Virus record (IMG/VR): IMGVR_UViG_3300012007_000014
Span: 1-64,000 of that record
Direction: 5' to 3' (one strand)
From: a virus
Lineage: Duplodnaviria > Caudoviricetes
Length of the DNA stretch: 64,000 nucleotides
In this document: positions 1-9,635 of the stretch, in pieces
How the letters are laid out: the number at the start of each line of letters is the position of its first letter
Position numbering within the stretch: position 1 is the stretch's first letter
Program-made: the position numbers and the translations under genes
The notes under the pieces: generated by a model
What the model was told of the DNA's origin: nothing
What the model saw: only the letters and a program-made list of their open reading frames with translations
Databases searched by the model: none

Positions 1-338
1 AAGTTATTCATAACAGTTCAAATCTTTTTCAATTAACAAGCTCACCTTACCAATAAACAAAAGAATCCAAGATGATTCTCTAAGCTTATACAGCATCCAA
101 GTTCATAAGAACCTTTCTCGTATACAAGTAGGTCCTTATTACCTTGAACAACCATATAAACTTAAAGAAGATCTTGGATCTAAAAGGAGGATTAGTATGG
201 TAGCCTAAGTAAAATAGGGTGACACTGAGTAATCACAGCACTCAATAGATAACAAGTGCTTCTATACTTGCCCAGGGTCACCTTGAACTTGAAAGATAAT
301 AACACTACTCCGAAACTTGTATAAACTCTAAAACGATT

Positions 339-644
339 TTAGAATGGCTTAGAAGTGTTCGGAGTAGTAAGATAATACTGACTCGTATTCATAGGATTTC
401 CTTGATCATCTGTTAAACTAGATACTGCCATAATTCCACGGTTCAAGACATCATTGAGGGCGTGGTTGATACGCTTATCATTCTCAACATCAGATAGATC
501 TTCAGACGTATGAGCAAGTCTTGCGACAAGTCCACAAGTATTGTAGTGAAGGATTTGTGTATCATACCAAAACCACAAACGATTCTGTGTGAAGAAGTCG
601 TAAGGATTGTCATACGTTGTGATGTACATTTCATTCTCATCCAT
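339..644 (-). CDS. Conserved hypothetical phage protein downstream of the RNA polymerase gene
   Basis: AAGGAG RBS 7 nt before ATG; YITTYDNPYDFF..W...D....YNTCGLVAR motif, recalled from small genes next to this RNAP type. Confidence 0.75.
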   Translation of the reverse strand: MDENEMYITTYDNPYDFFTQNRLWFWYDTQILHYNTCGLVARLAHTSEDLSDVENDKRINHALNDVLNRGIMAVSSLTDDQGNPMNTSQYYLTTPNTSKPF

Positions 645-658
645 AACAAGACTCCTTC

Positions 659-3600
659 TTACTTAGACAGAATAGAAGACACAAGTGTTTGCGAGATACC
701 AACAGCATCTGCAATCTGTTCCTGCGTCCAACCAGCATTCGCAAGTGACTTAATGCGAGATTGTTTCTCTGCTGTCACCTTCGTTGCTTTAGGAAGAGCA
801 AGAGACATGTAAGACTCTTTATCTGCATTCCTAAGAAGCTCTGACAACTTACTCTCAGAGATGGCACCTGCATTGATAGCTTCCCATTGACGCTGTGTGA
901 AACGAATGCGATTCTTCTTAGCACCAGTTGCTTCTCTTGCATCATTGAGACACTGTCCACGCACTTTCTTTCTATCATCTGCCTCATACTCAGGATGCTC
1001 CTTGAACGCTGCATTGATCATAGAGGTTGCAAGAAACTGTGCCTGACGCTCTCTAGGAGCATTCTTCTTTGCAACAATAAGCGCCTCATCAAGCTCTTTT
1101 ACTTCTTTTGCATACTTCTTTGCTGCTTCCTTGGAATAGACCTGATGAAGAGCTGGAGATAAGGACTCAAGCCTTGCTTTATTCCCAAGATTCTTTGCAT
1201 GATTTGCATACTTGGCATAAGCAAGTTCCACCTGAGAAGGATTGTCAGAGAGAAGTTCTCTAGCATCTCTTGCTTTCTCCATCTTGGTGATCTTCTGTGT
1301 CCTTGGAACAACAGTATCCCTATTCCACTTTGTTTTACCTTGACCACGATCGTAGTAATAGGTTCCATCATCACGCTGCTTGATCTGACCATCCCAAGTA
1401 GCTTCCACATCAGTACCATCGGGGTTCTTCATGAACTTGGCATTCTTATGCACCTTGCCATCCTCATCTGTCCATGTGTAACCCTTAGGCGCCTTGACCT
1501 TTTCAACCTTAGGCTTTACCTCTGTTGTAACAGTAGGAGCTCTGTAAATCTTTTCTCCTGTTACAGGATCGATAGACCCCTTCATTTCTCCAGACCACTT
1601 CGCTCTTGCAGGAACAGTAGTTTCCGATCCTGCTCTTGAGATTAGAGAAGAAACTCCCTTGGAACCATTCGCATTGTTCTGATATTTCTTTTCAAGTTCA
1701 GCAATTCGATAGTCTTTCTTAGCAGCTTGCCAATTGAGCTCATGCTTCTTAGCATCAATCACGACCATCGAATAACGAACTGCCCTTGAAATCTCATCCG
1801 GATCGTCACAACCTTTTGCATACATGTCGGTGATGAGGTTGGTGATCTTGCCCATCTCCGTTCCCTTGGCTTTCTCTGTCTTGAAGTACTTATAAGTAGG
1901 ATGCATCTTTCCATCTGGTCCCATCTTCTGCATAGAAGAGAAGTTTGGATTTCCGACGCCGTATTCTGCAGTTGGATCAAAGCCGTCTAGATACGGAATC
2001 TTTGCAACATCTTTTGCACCCTTAATGTCATTTGCCTTATCAAATCCACCTTGAGCATTCTTTCTTGTAAGAGGAATGACAATACAAGTATCACCATCAA
2101 AGTCAGCTCCAGAAAGTGTGGATGCCGTATGCTGGTTAATACCAATTGCATCCTTGGCATTCTTCATGAAGCTGTTGGCTTCTTTGTTATTGTTGTTAAC
2201 CTTACAAATAGGAATCTCAAAGGGACCAGCATGAGGGAATCGTACAAGTGCAACTGTTGTTCCATTCGGAAGAGACGGATAGTAGCACTCATTGTCTTTC
2301 ATGTTCTTCACAGGAAGAAGAACGGAATACTTCTGTCCACCAATAGGAGCTGCTTTTAAATCAACAGCAGAAGCATCACAATCATCTGCAAAGTCAAGGA
2401 GCATCTTTCTCTTGACAACTGGATTGTTAATCTTCTTGATGTCATTGAACTCATCATCCTGTGCTTGAGCCTGAAGCTTTAGTTGCTGCTTGATAAGTGG
2501 CAGTGTCTGCTTTGATAAGAACTGTGCAGGAAGGTTCTTTGAATAATCTCCAAACCGTCCTTCTACATGTGCATCTTTTGCATTAGCACCAACAAAGTTA
2601 ATTGCAGAACGAATCTCATTTCCGTTCTTATCCTTGACTGGATTCCCATTCTTATCTCTTACAATGGTTGGAACAACATTTGTGCCAAATGGATTGGTTG
2701 CAAGAGTTCCATCTTTGTTCACAACAAGAGACTTTAATGCTTTGTCAACACCTTGATTAATACTCTTGTTGGAGTTAACCTGAATGTCTACACCATCAGG
2801 GAGCTTATCAGAATAGACAGCCATTCCCTTGATGTAACGGTTACCCTCAACAGCAATTCTGATCTGTGCATACTTTGCATTGCCAAGAGATAAGTCTTCA
2901 CAAGCAGGTTGCAGGTTACCATCCTTGTCACGAACGGCTCTTAACTGAATGAGACCATCTCTGTCAGTACCACCCTGCTCATCATAGACAATGTTAATCC
3001 TTGAAAGCTTTACTTGTGGAGAAGGACCAAGACCTCTTGCTGTCAAAGCGTTCTGGATGTCGTTCTCTCTATCAGATGGATCAGAGATACGCTTAATCTT
3101 TGTTAAGTCATTCCCAATGTCTTTCCAAAGAGTTGTATCCGGATTTGTTCCAGGAGGACATAACACCTTGACAATTGTCTGCTGTGTTGGATCGGAAACC
3201 TGATTCACTCTAAGTTCCTTGACCACATAGCCTTTTGACTTCAGCATCTCAAGAGAAGTCTTAAGTCCATCAGAAGAAGTCCCAAGAGTAAGTTCAGAAC
3301 CCTTACCAACATCTACAAACCCAAGGTCTTTGACTGCATCCTCAAGTTTATTTGCAACTTCTGTTGTCTTGTTAACTTTACCTTGAGCAGACTTTCTATA
3401 AGATCGAATAGAACTCTCAGATGGGACATTCATAAATTTCGCAATCTGAGTGTCTGTATAATGTTTTCCAGTATTTGGATCAATCTGGGAATCCCAATAA
3501 GCAACTTCATCATAACGATCTCTTCTGACGTTGTTATTGGCAATCTGATACTCTGCTCTTAGTTTTGCAGTAGAGCCTTTTGGATTACCAAATTCATCCT

Positions 3601-3886
3601 TGATTACATTACCGGCTTTGTCATACTGATAGAAACCCATCTGTGCTGCAATCTCAGATTCTGTATACTTCTTTCCAGTATCAGGATTAATTGTAGACAA
3701 AGACTTTAACTTCTTGTACCTTGACATGAAGTCCCAATCATGCTGATGAAGTCTTTCTCCAGACCCCCAAGGATAGCGACCGGAACCAACTCCAGGAGGA
3801 TTGTCATCATGACCTTTTCCGTAATGAGCGATAGAATCATCTGTTACATCTAGGAGCTCATCTAAATATAATTCTAATGATTCCAT
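659..3886 (-). CDS. Single-subunit two-barrel (double-psi beta-barrel) RNA polymerase, YonO-like, with N- and C-terminal HTH-like regions
   Basis: RFPHAG (R-x-P) followed by LSGADFDGDTCIV (DFDGD encoded at 2090-2104), the catalytic motif of two-barrel polymerases; C-terminal HTH WTQEQIADAVGISQTLVSSIL; 1075 aa. Confidence 0.8.
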   Translation of the reverse strand: MESLELYLDELLDVTDDSIAHYGKGHDDNPPGVGSGRYPWGSGERLHQHDWDFMSRYKKLKSLSTINPDTGKKYTESEIAAQMGFYQYDKAGNVIKDEFGNPKGSTAKLRAEYQIANNNVRRDRYDEVAYWDSQIDPNTGKHYTDTQIAKFMNVPSESSIRSYRKSAQGKVNKTTEVANKLEDAVKDLGFVDVGKGSELTLGTSSDGLKTSLEMLKSKGYVVKELRVNQVSDPTQQTIVKVLCPPGTNPDTTLWKDIGNDLTKIKRISDPSDRENDIQNALTARGLGPSPQVKLSRINIVYDEQGGTDRDGLIQLRAVRDKDGNLQPACEDLSLGNAKYAQIRIAVEGNRYIKGMAVYSDKLPDGVDIQVNSNKSINQGVDKALKSLVVNKDGTLATNPFGTNVVPTIVRDKNGNPVKDKNGNEIRSAINFVGANAKDAHVEGRFGDYSKNLPAQFLSKQTLPLIKQQLKLQAQAQDDEFNDIKKINNPVVKRKMLLDFADDCDASAVDLKAAPIGGQKYSVLLPVKNMKDNECYYPSLPNGTTVALVRFPHAGPFEIPICKVNNNNKEANSFMKNAKDAIGINQHTASTLSGADFDGDTCIVIPLTRKNAQGGFDKANDIKGAKDVAKIPYLDGFDPTAEYGVGNPNFSSMQKMGPDGKMHPTYKYFKTEKAKGTEMGKITNLITDMYAKGCDDPDEISRAVRYSMVVIDAKKHELNWQAAKKDYRIAELEKKYQNNANGSKGVSSLISRAGSETTVPARAKWSGEMKGSIDPVTGEKIYRAPTVTTEVKPKVEKVKAPKGYTWTDEDGKVHKNAKFMKNPDGTDVEATWDGQIKQRDDGTYYYDRGQGKTKWNRDTVVPRTQKITKMEKARDARELLSDNPSQVELAYAKYANHAKNLGNKARLESLSPALHQVYSKEAAKKYAKEVKELDEALIVAKKNAPRERQAQFLATSMINAAFKEHPEYEADDRKKVRGQCLNDAREATGAKKNRIRFTQRQWEAINAGAISESKLSELLRNADKESYMSLALPKATKVTAEKQSRIKSLANAGWTQEQIADAVGISQTLVSSILSK

Positions 3887-3892
3887 AACTCT

Positions 3893-4546
3893 TTACACCT
3901 CCATGTAATACTGCTTGTAATATTTGTCGAGTTGCTTAATCTTTGTCATGATTGGAATAATGTCTGATGCTTTTGGAAGACCTGTTAAAATATCACCATT
4001 CTGATAAATGCAAATCGTTGTCTCAACATCTTGAGGCTTTATGTGATATTCCAAAAAGAATAGAGCTGCATATGAAACCAATTGGTCAAGGGATGCTGGA
4101 ATCTTTCCTGTTTTCAAATCATGAATTCGAAGCTTTGATGTAGCTGGGTTATAACGAATTGCATCCGCTGTACCAAATGCATAATCGGAATACTTAAGAA
4201 CCTGTTCTGTTGTAAGGCCATAACCAATTGCATCATTGACATACAGCATCACAGTCGGAATATAATTTGTTGCATCGACAAGATTCTTAGGGATGCGATC
4301 TTGATGCAGTTTATGCTCAATGAACTTCCTTGTTTCATTCTCTGTATCCAAACGAATTCCTTCGTCAATAAGTTGGCTACAAAGTTCATGAATAGAAGTT
4401 CCAATGGTGGTTGCATAACTTGAGCGAATATAATTTTCGAACTGCTCTTTTGTGTACTCTGGTTTTAAGATGTGCCGAGACGGAGACACAATTGCATGCA
4501 TTCCCTCTTTAATTTCAGGATGATTAAAAAACGCAAACTCTTTCAT
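3893..4546 (-). CDS. PD-(D/E)XK (Cas4/RecB-like) exonuclease
   Basis: EQVL..AFGTADAI...LRIHDLKTG...QL..YA motifs; start moved to the ATG overlapping the upstream stop (ATGA). Confidence 0.75.
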   Translation of the reverse strand: MKEFAFFNHPEIKEGMHAIVSPSRHILKPEYTKEQFENYIRSSYATTIGTSIHELCSQLIDEGIRLDTENETRKFIEHKLHQDRIPKNLVDATNYIPTVMLYVNDAIGYGLTTEQVLKYSDYAFGTADAIRYNPATSKLRIHDLKTGKIPASLDQLVSYAALFFLEYHIKPQDVETTICIYQNGDILTGLPKASDIIPIMTKIKQLDKYYKQYYMEV

Positions 4547-4836
4547 TCCTTGAACCATCCTTTCAATTCTTCTATAACTTTATCTTCATTCTCGGGATAA
4601 ACAAAACTTGCATAACTCATTTTCCCAAATACGTCGTTTACGTAGTAGTCTTGGTTTGGTTGATGATGAGCATTTGCAGACTTCTTACATTCAAGCATTG
4701 CATATTTAGGTCCATTGATGACGATAAGATCTGCAATACCTTGAACTTGTTTCGAATCTTGCTTAAAGACATATGAACCTGGAATTTCTCCTTCGATTCG
4801 TTTCTTAAGCTTTCGTTGAAACTCTGACTCAAGCAC
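4543..4836 (-). CDS. VRR-NUC family nuclease / Holliday junction resolvase-like
   Basis: ESEFQ..L...GIADL......LECK......QPNQ..Y motifs; GTG start after AGGAGG. Confidence 0.75.
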   Translation of the reverse strand: MLESEFQRKLKKRIEGEIPGSYVFKQDSKQVQGIADLIVINGPKYAMLECKKSANAHHQPNQDYYVNDVFGKMSYASFVYPENEDKVIEELKGWFKE

Positions 4837-4922
4837 AGTGCCAGCCTCCTTGAAGTTATTTGAAAACGGTGACAATTTGACAAATAGATAGGGGAAATGA
4901 GTAATCTGATTGCTCTTCTCCC

Positions 4923-4950
4923 TCTATTAAAGGGGTAGAAAAATGTGCGA
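4923..4950 (-). promoter_or_regulatory. Repeated phage promoter-like motif (copy upstream of nuclease-RNAP operon)
   Basis: TCGC-ACATTTTT-CT-ACCCCT-TTAATAGA, fits TCGC-N8-CA-N6-WTAATGAA. Confidence 0.55.
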
Positions 4951-5032
4951 TCGGAATACGTAAAAATTAAAGCAAATGAAATAGTCGCCAAGACCATTTC
5001 TGATCTCAGCGACGAAAAAAGTTTACGTATTC

Positions 5033-5377
5033 CTATTTTTCGATGAAGTCTCTCATCCTTTGAATTCGAATACTTGGAAGGATAGGAGCCATGTAATTAA
5101 GTTCCGACTTATTCACTCGAATTAAATTGTTTAAATTATTATTTGTTAAATCTTTATCGATATGAGAGATACAATCTCTTCCATCATCTTTTGCTGGAGA
5201 GAATGCATCCATCACAAGTTTGTGAATAAGTTCATCTTTCCCATCAAGACGAACACCAAGATACTTTTTGCCAAATATAATTGGCTTAAGTTCTTTGTAT
5301 CCATCTCTGGTGATTCGATAAACTCTTCCCTGATCAGAGACTGCATAGTTTGGATGATCATAAATTATCTTTATCAT
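5033..5377 (-). CDS. NUMOD4/HNH homing-endonuclease-like protein, possibly degenerate
   Basis: HPNYAVSDQGRV (NUMOD4-like) and HKLVMDAF...ISHIDKDLTNNNLNNL (HNH-like). Confidence 0.7.
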   Translation of the reverse strand: MIKIIYDHPNYAVSDQGRVYRITRDGYKELKPIIFGKKYLGVRLDGKDELIHKLVMDAFSPAKDDGRDCISHIDKDLTNNNLNNLIRVNKSELNYMAPILPSIRIQRMRDFIEK

Positions 5378-5606
5378 GAATAGCATCCCTTACTCTTCTA
5401 TCAAATGCATCTTTCTCTTTATGGTCCATAGTTAAACTTGCCTTGAACCATTTCGCAAAATCAGTATTAAACTCAATCTGACGAAGAATGAAATTAAGAT
5501 AGTTCTTCTTATCTTCACTCATCTCCTCAAGAACTTTCTCAGGATTATCTACTACAGTGTCTTTTGTTTCATTCTTATCAGTGTAAACCCTTTCCATCTT
5601 TTCCAT
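5358..5606 (-). CDS. Hypothetical protein
   Basis: Co-oriented ORF overlapping its neighbours, with RBS. Confidence 0.6.
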   Translation of the reverse strand: MEKMERVYTDKNETKDTVVDNPEKVLEEMSEDKKNYLNFILRQIEFNTDFAKWFKASLTMDHKEKDAFDRRVRDAIHDKDNL

Positions 5607-5835
5607 TTTTCTTAATCTCCTTTAAATTTGCAAGCTTCTTCCCTAAAGCCTTATCTGCATATTTTATTTGCTTCTTTCCACCAACTTTAGAAATTACATA
5701 ATACTCTTTATTGACAACACTTAAGAAGTCTCCATAAGAGATATCTCCATGCAAAAAGTTATCTGCATAGAAAAGAATTGATTCGATAGCATTGTTACAA
5801 ATCTCAGTGACAGTTTTCTTTCGTAACAGTCTCAT
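5578..5835 (-). CDS. Hypothetical protein
   Basis: AGGAGG RBS before ATG. Confidence 0.65.
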   Translation of the reverse strand: MRLLRKKTVTEICNNAIESILFYADNFLHGDISYGDFLSVVNKEYYVISKVGGKKQIKYADKALGKKLANLKEIKKNGKDGKGLH

Positions 5836-5850
5836 ATCATCCTCCTAACT

Positions 5851-5994
5851 TTAGAATAGCACAATGGTAAATATAATTAAGATGATAAAGAACAAGCCCA
5901 CTCCTATGTTAAAAAGAATTGGAGTAATAGCACCAACAAGATAGATGATTCCACAACAAAGAGCAAAATATAATAGTAACAGTATTGCAATCAT
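5851..5994 (-). CDS. Small membrane protein (47 aa, not in ORF track)
   Basis: MIAILLLLYFALCCGIIYLVG...; AAGGAG RBS upstream. Confidence 0.55.
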   Translation of the reverse strand: MIAILLLLYFALCCGIIYLVGAITPILFNIGVGLFFIILIIFTIVLF

Positions 5995-6009
5995 TTCTTC
6001 ATCTCCTTC

Positions 6010-7215
6010 TTAAATTCCTAAATAAGATCTCTCATTAAAGTCTCTCTTTTCTGATAATGCTCTTCTAATTGCAAGGTCAATTGGTGCATAAGATTGTAAC
6101 TCATAGTAGTAGAGAATTTGAAATGGTGTGTTTGTTCTACTAGTCCTTCCTGCTGCTTGCCTCATTTGTTTGTAAGAATAGTTTAAAGAGTAAAATATAA
6201 TTGTGTCTGTTGTAATACAATTCCATCCTTCTGATGCTGCAGTGTATTGGCATAAGTAAACCCATCGATTTCCAATTGGCAATGGATCATGTTCATTCCC
6301 ATTCCAACCTTGAACCGTGTATCCAAACTTAGAACAGTTTTCTTTTAAGAGTTCATGCTCGTATTGGAAATTGTAAAATATAATTGCCTTTGGATGCTCT
6401 TCTAAAATCCCACGTAGTTTTTCTATTCTACTTGGATCAGAATTAACGACTCTTCGGATTAGATAGAAAAGCTTTCCAGTCTCTTTAATTGGACAATTCT
6501 CATAGGGATCCCACCTATCTCTCCAAACTTTTCTATAAAGATCCTTGTCATACTCGCAAGAGATCTTAAATGTTTTATGTGGAATTTCTCTTTCTGTTTT
6601 CATATAAACCATAATCTCATTTCTTGCTTTATTGATCCTTCCTTTGTTGACGTAGTGATCAATAACAGGATAATTCAAATACGGTTTAAAGACTACATGG
6701 CACATATTAAATTCTGTTCTATTTTTATAGTAATGATTTGCAACAAGAACAGGAACAAGATCTTCATAAGTATCACACGGTGTTGCAGAAAGTAAAACCC
6801 AACGATTCCTTTGAGAGATCTTTAAGAATGACTTTACCCATGCACCTTTCCCACAAACTTTCTGTTCATCAAATAAGAAAAGAGCCCCATAGACTCCCTT
6901 GTACTTCTTAATGTTATTCCAGGAATCTATGAAGACTCTTATGTGATTAATAGATAAAGTAGGATCAGTAGAGAGTTTAAATGGTAGTAACTCTTCTTCC
7001 CATTCGTGGCTATCTCTCTTTTTAGCTGTGGTGATGATGTAGAGATCTTTTGTAATCTTAGGAGGTTTGTAAGGATCAAGTTCTCCTTGAAGCTCTCTTG
7101 TAAACATGTAAGCAAGACCAGTTCGTGACTTCCCAGATCCTGTTTCTCCAACAAGAATGCATCCATTGTGCATCTTATCTAGTGCTTCTTGCTGAGATGA
7201 ATATAATACCCCCAT
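6010..7215 (-). CDS. Superfamily 2 (SNF2/DEAD-like) helicase
   Basis: Walker A GETGSGKS, LFDEQ, LLSATP, EGWN, QAAGRTSR motifs. Confidence 0.9.
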   Translation of the reverse strand: MGVLYSSQQEALDKMHNGCILVGETGSGKSRTGLAYMFTRELQGELDPYKPPKITKDLYIITTAKKRDSHEWEEELLPFKLSTDPTLSINHIRVFIDSWNNIKKYKGVYGALFLFDEQKVCGKGAWVKSFLKISQRNRWVLLSATPCDTYEDLVPVLVANHYYKNRTEFNMCHVVFKPYLNYPVIDHYVNKGRINKARNEIMVYMKTEREIPHKTFKISCEYDKDLYRKVWRDRWDPYENCPIKETGKLFYLIRRVVNSDPSRIEKLRGILEEHPKAIIFYNFQYEHELLKENCSKFGYTVQGWNGNEHDPLPIGNRWVYLCQYTAASEGWNCITTDTIIFYSLNYSYKQMRQAAGRTSRTNTPFQILYYYELQSYAPIDLAIRRALSEKRDFNERSYLGI

Positions 7216-7217
7216 GG

Positions 7218-7409
7218 TTACTTAAATTCTTTCTTAAGTTTCTGGTAATGCTCCCAAGCAGATTGAACATTGTCAATTGGCATTGTGAACTTCTTTGTCA
7301 TTCCACACTTAGGGCAAACTTTCACCCAAGTTATCTCCCTGTCATTGGGGTAAGTGGCTGTCCAATACTTGGGGAATTTGTGATGACAAAATATAATTTT
7401 TACTATCAT
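7218..7409 (-). CDS. Small Cys-containing hypothetical protein
   Basis: CHH and CPKC; coupled to neighbours. Confidence 0.55.
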   Translation of the reverse strand: MIVKIIFCHHKFPKYWTATYPNDREITWVKVCPKCGMTKKFTMPIDNVQSAWEHYQKLKKEFK

Positions 7410-7621
7410 TTCTTGTTATCCTCACCAGTACCTGGAACCTCCAAAGCCTGAATGTTACTGCCTTCTTTTGAGAGCTCTTCTTCAAGTGCCTTTGCCTTTT
7501 CCTGGACATTCTTGGCAATCTTGGAGTAATCATTGGGTCTACACTTTGCAATCATGATTCCTTTTAAGATACCTGTGTACCAGTAATATTTACAAAAGTG
7601 TAATAACTTCTCTGCAGTCAT
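7406..7621 (-). CDS. Hypothetical protein
   Basis: Co-oriented ORF with RBS. Confidence 0.55.
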   Translation of the reverse strand: MTAEKLLHFCKYYWYTGILKGIMIAKCRPNDYSKIAKNVQEKAKALEEELSKEGSNIQALEVPGTGEDNKK

Positions 7622-7775
7622 ACTCTATCATCTCCATGAATAAGCCATTCGAAATAGTTAAGTGGTTTCATGTTTTTGTAATCACAAAGCTGTAAGTAAT
7701 GTGCATACGATCCAAAACTTATGATGTAAAACATAGAGAGAAACACAATGACAAATATAATTAGTACTTCCATAG

Positions 7776-7973
7776 TTAACTAATTAGAGACTCTGTTGTA
7801 TAAAACCAGCCGTCTTTCAAAATATTATTGCAGTCTACTTCTTCAGAGGGATTGAGCATCTTCTGATAAAGGTCCATAAGCTCAAGCTGAACACTTGTAA
7901 TCTCCTGAAGAAGTGCTTCCTTCTTATCCTTGTCCTTTAAATCTTTTGCAGGAGTAAAGCTTACATTAATCAT
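7776..7973 (-). CDS. Hypothetical protein
   Basis: GGAAGAGAG RBS-like sequence; start refined to MINVSF. Confidence 0.5.
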   Translation of the reverse strand: MINVSFTPAKDLKDKDKKEALLQEITSVQLELMDLYQKMLNPSEEVDCNNILKDGWFYTTESLIS

Positions 7974-8157
7974 TACTCTCTTCCTCCTTATTGTCAGTAA
8001 TCTCAATATAATTTACATTCCCATAAGGAAAGAGAAGAGTCTTATGATCTCTCATTCCAATCTTAAGAAAGCTATCTGTATACTTGTAAAATGCAGCTCC
8101 CTCAACAGTCTTCTTCTTTCCGTTAGCATAGTAAATTGTGATCGTGAAATTTCTCAT
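7966..8157 (-). CDS. Hypothetical protein
   Basis: AAAGGAG RBS. Confidence 0.6.
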   Translation of the reverse strand: MRNFTITIYYANGKKKTVEGAAFYKYTDSFLKIGMRDHKTLLFPYGNVNYIEITDNKEEESND

Positions 8158-8225
8158 AGTAAATATAATCTCCTTTCAATGAATGAAAAAGGAGCCATGA
8201 TCTTTCGACCACAGCCCCCAATTGT

Positions 8226-8687
8226 TTAACGAAGAAGTCCCATTTCATCAAGTGCTTGAAACTTTGTCTCACCACTTGACATCCGATCCCTAAGCTCTTT
8301 ACTTTCTCTGTAAGAAAGCTCATGCTTCAAGGTTACATAAGATTGAATATCATTGCAGTAGATCGTTCGTCGCTGTTTTGATCTTGATGCAGCATCTGAG
8401 ATTCTATCTCCCATTCTTCTTGTCTCTGTAATGAATCCAAGAATTAAAGAGAAGAAAGTGATTGCAAGCATAGGGTTTCTCTTTACCCATGTAAAGAATA
8501 CATCCAGCTTGTGAGTTGTCTTATCCTTGAAATCCTGGAACTTTTCTTTTAAAGTTTTCTTTCTGTCCTCATCAATAATGTTATTAGACTGAGGATCCTC
8601 CATCTTATTTACAACTTCCACAACCGCTACAACTGCTGCTACAGTTACTGCTACTGACGCAATAGCGCCAAAAAGGGTGACTTTCAT
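8226..8687 (-). CDS. Membrane-anchored protein
   Basis: N-terminal hydrophobic helix and a second hydrophobic segment (PMLAITFFSLILGFIT). Confidence 0.65.
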   Translation of the reverse strand: MKVTLFGAIASVAVTVAAVVAVVEVVNKMEDPQSNNIIDEDRKKTLKEKFQDFKDKTTHKLDVFFTWVKRNPMLAITFFSLILGFITETRRMGDRISDAASRSKQRRTIYCNDIQSYVTLKHELSYRESKELRDRMSSGETKFQALDEMGLLR

Positions 8688-8702
8688 TTTGTTCTCCTTT
8701 AA

Positions 8703-9260
8703 TTAAAACGGTGCTTCTTCCTCATCAGGATCTTCAGCATTAGGATCTGCCCCAAGTGCATCCATCATTGCTGCATACTTCTCCGACAGAGCATCAAGCT
8801 TCTGGGTCAAATATAATCCATTGAGATAAATGCTTGCAGGATCGTACTTGTGATAAAAGTTAAGAACCATGTCTGCTGTCTCAATGTACATGCCATCAAT
8901 CTGGCCGTAAGAATCGGCAGGGAGCTCCTCAAGACTCTTATTCTTCTTTACAATAAAAATCTTCGGAGGCTTAGAGGATGTATTGGTGTTGATGTTCACC
9001 TTGACAAAATGGATTGGCGCTTCTCCCTCATCAGGGTTGCCGCCAAACTCTTTAATGTTGGCACCATTTGTCCTAAAAATATCCAGGTACTCATCTGGGA
9101 TCATTAAGTTAAAATTCCTTCTACCGGCACTGTTTACAACTCTGCCAGTATGAGGATCCTTTCTCTCAATACCTGCAAAGTTCCGAAATGACCCACCAAG
9201 AATGTTCTCATTGGTAGCACCCTCAATTACAAGATCTCTTCCATTCATTGTGACCTTCAT
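8703..9260 (-). CDS. Putative single-stranded DNA-binding protein
   Basis: FRNFAG...NSAGRRNFNL motif, acidic tail ending EEEAPF, location in replication block. Confidence 0.7.
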   Translation of the reverse strand: MKVTMNGRDLVIEGATNENILGGSFRNFAGIERKDPHTGRVVNSAGRRNFNLMIPDEYLDIFRTNGANIKEFGGNPDEGEAPIHFVKVNINTNTSSKPPKIFIVKKNKSLEELPADSYGQIDGMYIETADMVLNFYHKYDPASIYLNGLYLTQKLDALSEKYAAMMDALGADPNAEDPDEEEAPF

Positions 9261-9541
9261 TACTGATCCTCCTCCTTATTCTCATCATCACTATCATTAG
9301 AAATATAATTCTCTGTTGTTACAGAATCCGGCTCCGAATTAGAAATGATCTCGCTCTCATGAAGAACAAGATCATCATGAAGAACAAAATCAGTTGCAAG
9401 ATTTCCACCATTGTCAATAATCCCTAGAGTTCTTGCAATCTGTTCCTTGGTATAAAGCTTTCCAGTCTTCGGATTAATGGTTCCCTCAAGCATATGAGCT
9501 CTTGCCTCTAAATCAGACAAATACTTAAATACGTCAAACAT
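9260..9541 (-). CDS. Small protein with INPKTGKLYTKEQIA module (HTH-like) and acidic tail
   Basis: Motif shared with RNAP N-terminus and ORF 37596-37871; AAAGGAG RBS. Confidence 0.65.
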   Translation of the reverse strand: MFDVFKYLSDLEARAHMLEGTINPKTGKLYTKEQIARTLGIIDNGGNLATDFVLHDDLVLHESEIISNSEPDSVTTENYISNDSDDENKEEDQ

Positions 9542-9635
9542 TTTATTATCTCCTTTTTAAAATATAATTGTGAATGAATTGATGGCTAAATGCATTACGG
9601 ATCTGCTCTTTTGTGGTGACTCATTATTAAACCTC

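Noticed and set aside
183-208. Plus-strand AAAGGAGG followed by ATG GTA GCC TAA minigene
   Set aside because: Three codons, opposite to all other genes, no promoter evident; probably chance
216-284. Hammerhead ribozyme or tRNA
   Set aside because: No CUGANGA/GAAA core and only two internal arms
3893-4546. Cas4 as part of a CRISPR system
   Set aside because: No other cas genes or array; stand-alone phage exonuclease context
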